DNA of 28,883 bases from a virus (taxonomy: Duplodnaviria; Caudoviricetes). This document shows positions 26,579-28,883 of the stretch, piece by piece; positions within the stretch are counted from its first letter, which is position 1, and the number at the start of each line of letters is the position of its first letter. The notes below the pieces were generated by a model. It was given only the letters and a program-made list of their open reading frames with translations, ran no database searches and was not told the DNA's origin. The stretch lies in the IMG/VR virus record IMGVR_UViG_3300032330_001930, positions 1 to 28,883 of that record; one strand, 5' to 3'. A program made the translations under genes and the position numbers.

Positions 26579-26823
26579 TAATTAAATGATGCTAACTTCA
26601 TCATTGTATTAATTATACATTCATTAGCTTCATATGTCTCAAATCCTCTACCTTCATATATATGAATTAAGTCTAATAGTGTTTTAGCATCATGGAATTG
26701 TCTAAATAGTTTATCAGAGTGGAATTCAAATTGTTCACGATTTAATTCATCGATATAATCATCTTGTAATATTTCAATTTCACCTTTTAATAATACTTCT
26801 TTTAATTGTTCAAATGTTATCAT
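26578..26823 (-). CDS. Acidic hypothetical protein (start revised to MITFEQ)
   Basis: Promoter at 26841-26868 and leader AAAATTAAAACAT. Confidence 0.8.
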   Translation of the reverse strand: MITFEQLKEVLLKGEIEILQDDYIDELNREQFEFHSDKLFRQFHDAKTLLDLIHIYEGRGFETYEANECIINTMMKLASFN

Positions 26824-26840
26824 ATGTTTTAATTTTATAA

Positions 26841-26868
26841 CGTCAATATACGACCACAGCTGTGCCAA
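26841..26868 (-). promoter_or_regulatory. Early promoter repeat
   Basis: TTGGCA-N12-TATATTGACG. Confidence 0.75.
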
Positions 26869-26871
26869 GCA

Positions 26872-26901
26872 CTAAGGAAGCGCCTAAATGGCGCTTCTTA
26901 G
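26872..26901 (-). terminator. Stem-loop, probable terminator
   Basis: GAAGCGCC-ATTTA-GGCGCTTC shortly after the stop at 26911; weak U tract. Confidence 0.6.
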
Positions 26902-26910
26902 TTGGTTGGA

Positions 26911-27966
26911 TTAGAATTCGATTAACTCTAATTCTTCTGTATCGTCACATAACATTTCGAGATCATCTTCACTTATGTTATTATAATCATCTACTGGTAT
27001 TGTACGTGATTCGATCATACCTGTATTTAGGTTAGCTAATGCTACGTGTTGGTGTTCACCTACTAATAAGTAAGTATTGCCATCACTATGTTCGTATCTG
27101 TTACCTACTTTATGTTTTACTTCAGGTTCGAATAACTCTGGGTATTGAGCCATGATTTGCTCTTTAACACTTGGGATTAACTCAGCGATTGCTTTGATTT
27201 GCTCTAAATCTGTAATCGCGATTGCACTTAAATTGATGTTCATATTTTTTTCTTTTAATTTTTTACTATCTTTATTTTCAACACCGTCAATGTACGACTT
27301 GGACTTTGCCTCCCCAGTTACTAATAATAAATCATGAGTATCGTAACTATTTGATGTACCATTTTCCCACTCAACATGAATACCTAAGGAATCATCATAA
27401 ATTTTTATAATTTTACCAACTGTGTTAATTGGATTAGTTTCATCATCATCACTATACCATTGTGAATCATCACTAATCATTACTTTATCACCTACTTTGA
27501 ATTTATATTCTGATTTGGTTTTTTCAGTGTATGGTTTAATGTCATTTTTTTCATCTATAAAATATTCATCCACATCACCTTGTTTTGTTTTACCTTTACA
27601 AGTATTAACCTCACCATCAGTATCTAATGAAGTTACTGTTACAATTGTACCAATTTCAAATTGATGACTTGTGATATTATCAATAATTTCAACCTTATCA
27701 CCTATCTTATATTTTAATTTAGGTTTTGTTTCAGCTTGTTTTTCTGCTGGGATGAAATGTGCCATGAATTTATCTAATGGGCATGAAATACTAGTACCTT
27801 TACCTGATGCTTTATCCATTACGTAATAGCCATTGTGTTGGGCATTATCTAAATCACCATCAAAAGTAAATTTTTGACCTACTCTACAACGATCACCATA
27901 TTGATCTGTAAAACCTTTATAACACTCATAAACGATGCCTTGTTTTGGCTTAATTACTGTACTCAT
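26911..27966 (-). CDS. Multi-domain protein with repeated SH3/KOW-like modules; probable internal start at 27243
   Basis: KYKIGDKVEI, KFKVGDKVMI, KHKVGNRY repeats; embedded promoter at 27285-27310. Confidence 0.8.
   Translation of the reverse strand: MSTVIKPKQGIVYECYKGFTDQYGDRCRVGQKFTFDGDLDNAQHNGYYVMDKASGKGTSISCPLDKFMAHFIPAEKQAETKPKLKYKIGDKVEIIDNITSHQFEIGTIVTVTSLDTDGEVNTCKGKTKQGDVDEYFIDEKNDIKPYTEKTKSEYKFKVGDKVMISDDSQWYSDDDETNPINTVGKIIKIYDDSLGIHVEWENGTSNSYDTHDLLLVTGEAKSKSYIDGVENKDSKKLKEKNMNINLSAIAITDLEQIKAIAELIPSVKEQIMAQYPELFEPEVKHKVGNRYEHSDGNTYLLVGEHQHVALANLNTGMIESRTIPVDDYNNISEDDLEMLCDDTEELELIEF
27285..27310 (-). promoter_or_regulatory. Intragenic early promoter repeat
   Basis: GGCA-N12-TACATTGACG followed by an A-rich leader and an in-frame ATG at 27243. 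Confidence 0.7.
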
Positions 27967-27993
27967 AACTTATTGTTTTAATTTTTTATTATA

Positions 27994-28022
27994 CTTAAAT
28001 CTACGACTATTACTCTGCCAAA
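27994..28022 (-). promoter_or_regulatory. Early promoter repeat
   Basis: TTTGGCA-N12-TAGATTTAAG. Confidence 0.75.
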
Positions 28023-28028
28023 CACATT

Positions 28029-28247
28029 CTAATAGAAGAATGAGTTCCAAGCAGTTGAATTAGGTACTTTATATTGCACACCTATTTCATAACCTAACAA
28101 TCCAATAGTTGATTGATATGGTGATTGTACTGATTCGAATACGCAATTCGATTTACCTACTTTAACTAACTTTGCTCTAAGTGTTGGTGATTGGTTCTGT
28201 GATGTTTCTTTACCAATTACTGACTTTAATTCACTGATCTTATTCAT
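28029..28247 (-). CDS. Hypothetical protein flanked by 22-bp direct repeats
   Basis: Own promoter and leader; repeats at 28009-28030 and 28280-28301. Confidence 0.75.
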   Translation of the reverse strand: MNKISELKSVIGKETSQNQSPTLRAKLVKVGKSNCVFESVQSPYQSTIGLLGYEIGVQYKVPNSTAWNSFFY

Positions 28248-28264
28248 ACTTATTAATTTTATAA

Positions 28265-28293
28265 CGTGAAGATATGACCATTACTCTGCCAAA
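28265..28293 (-). promoter_or_regulatory. Early promoter repeat
   Basis: TTTGGCA-N12-TATCTTCACG. Confidence 0.75.
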
Positions 28294-28874
28294 CACATTC
28301 TTTGAGCATTATAATCTGCTACTGGATTATCCATTGCCAATACTTCATAGTTATCCATTGTGTTGTTGAATATCTCATTTAACGTCATGTTAGCGTTTTC
28401 ACCCATCCAACGAGCGAATGAATTATTTGAAATATCTACTACCTCTTGAGGTGTATCAGGTAAACCACAGTAAAATGCTTCAGCTACTTCACTAATAAAC
28501 ATACCACTATATAATCCTTTTAAGTTATGTTTCTTAACGAATTGGTCTGCATTACACCAAATGTAAATACATTCTTTATTTCGCAATAATTCAACTGTAG
28601 TATGATCAATAATATTACCATGACTCCAACCACTATATACAATATCTGCTATGTCTAAATTACGCTTATTATCAGGTAAAAATTTACCTATACTAAATAA
28701 ACCACCAGGTGAACCATGTCCCATCATATAGATGCGATCGTGTTGTTCTATTAATTGATGTACTTCGCTTTTAGTTAACCCACCTGTTACAACTGTAGCG
28801 TCAGTTACATTCTCGTATATCGGCTTTAAAAAATCCGTACTGCGATCATCGGGGTGTATAATTAATGTTTTCAT
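28281..28874 (-). CDS. Putative clan CD (caspase/gingipain-like) cysteine protease-fold protein
   Basis: IYMMGHGS and IYIWCNAD: His-Gly and Cys, each following a hydrophobic strand. Confidence 0.5.
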   Translation of the reverse strand: MKTLIIHPDDRSTDFLKPIYENVTDATVVTGGLTKSEVHQLIEQHDRIYMMGHGSPGGLFSIGKFLPDNKRNLDIADIVYSGWSHGNIIDHTTVELLRNKECIYIWCNADQFVKKHNLKGLYSGMFISEVAEAFYCGLPDTPQEVVDISNNSFARWMGENANMTLNEIFNNTMDNYEVLAMDNPVADYNAQRMCLAE

Positions 28875-28883
28875 AACCTATTT

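Noticed and set aside
19164-26868. Long N-termini given for ORFs ending at 19463, 20954, 21553, 26419 and 26868
   Set aside because: The extensions are translations of the promoter and leader; the downstream ATG fits the repeated leader pattern.
3207-27664. All plus-strand ORFs in the track and the nested minus-strand ORFs (9415-9606, 16234-16419, 22373-22621, 22830-23090)
   Set aside because: They are antisense or out-of-frame shadows of better-supported genes, or lie in low-complexity non-coding DNA, and they lack the A-rich leader.
19149-28301. Repeated motif as a CRISPR array or integron attC sites
   Set aside because: Copies are degenerate, non-palindromic and separated by whole genes; no cas or integrase gene is present in the window.
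1-28883. Stop-codon reassignment (TAG or TGA recoding)
   Set aside because: Long genes are intact under the standard code, and TAG terminates genes at sensible boundaries.

Overview
AT-rich segment of a large contractile-tailed (T4-like/myovirus-type) phage genome; essentially all credible genes are on the minus strand. A Bacteroidota host is inferred from repeated TTG-N19/20-TAnnTTnA promoters and A-rich, Shine-Dalgarno-free leaders. Left (1-17.9 kb): truncated DNA primase, GIY-YIG endonuclease, a baseplate/tail module (gp6-, gp25-, gp5-like, a large wedge protein, tail-collar-like paralogues, a DNRLRE-like protein), a GH19 lysin and a gp55-like late sigma factor, with ATATTTAT upstream of late operons. 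Right (17.9-28.9 kb): an early/accessory region of small genes, many with their own copy of a GGCA-N12-TAnnTTnA promoter, plus two AT-hook proteins, a tRNA-like RNA, a structured ncRNA, a GC-rich palindromic island and a long non-coding region with convergent promoters and G-tracts. The strongest observation is the gene at 19795-20073: its predicted transcript lies in a 331-nt stretch (19780-20110) with no cytosine on the coding strand, suggesting expression that survives CTP depletion, ddhCTP or C-dependent RNA attack. All calls come from reading the sequence by eye; no database searches were run.
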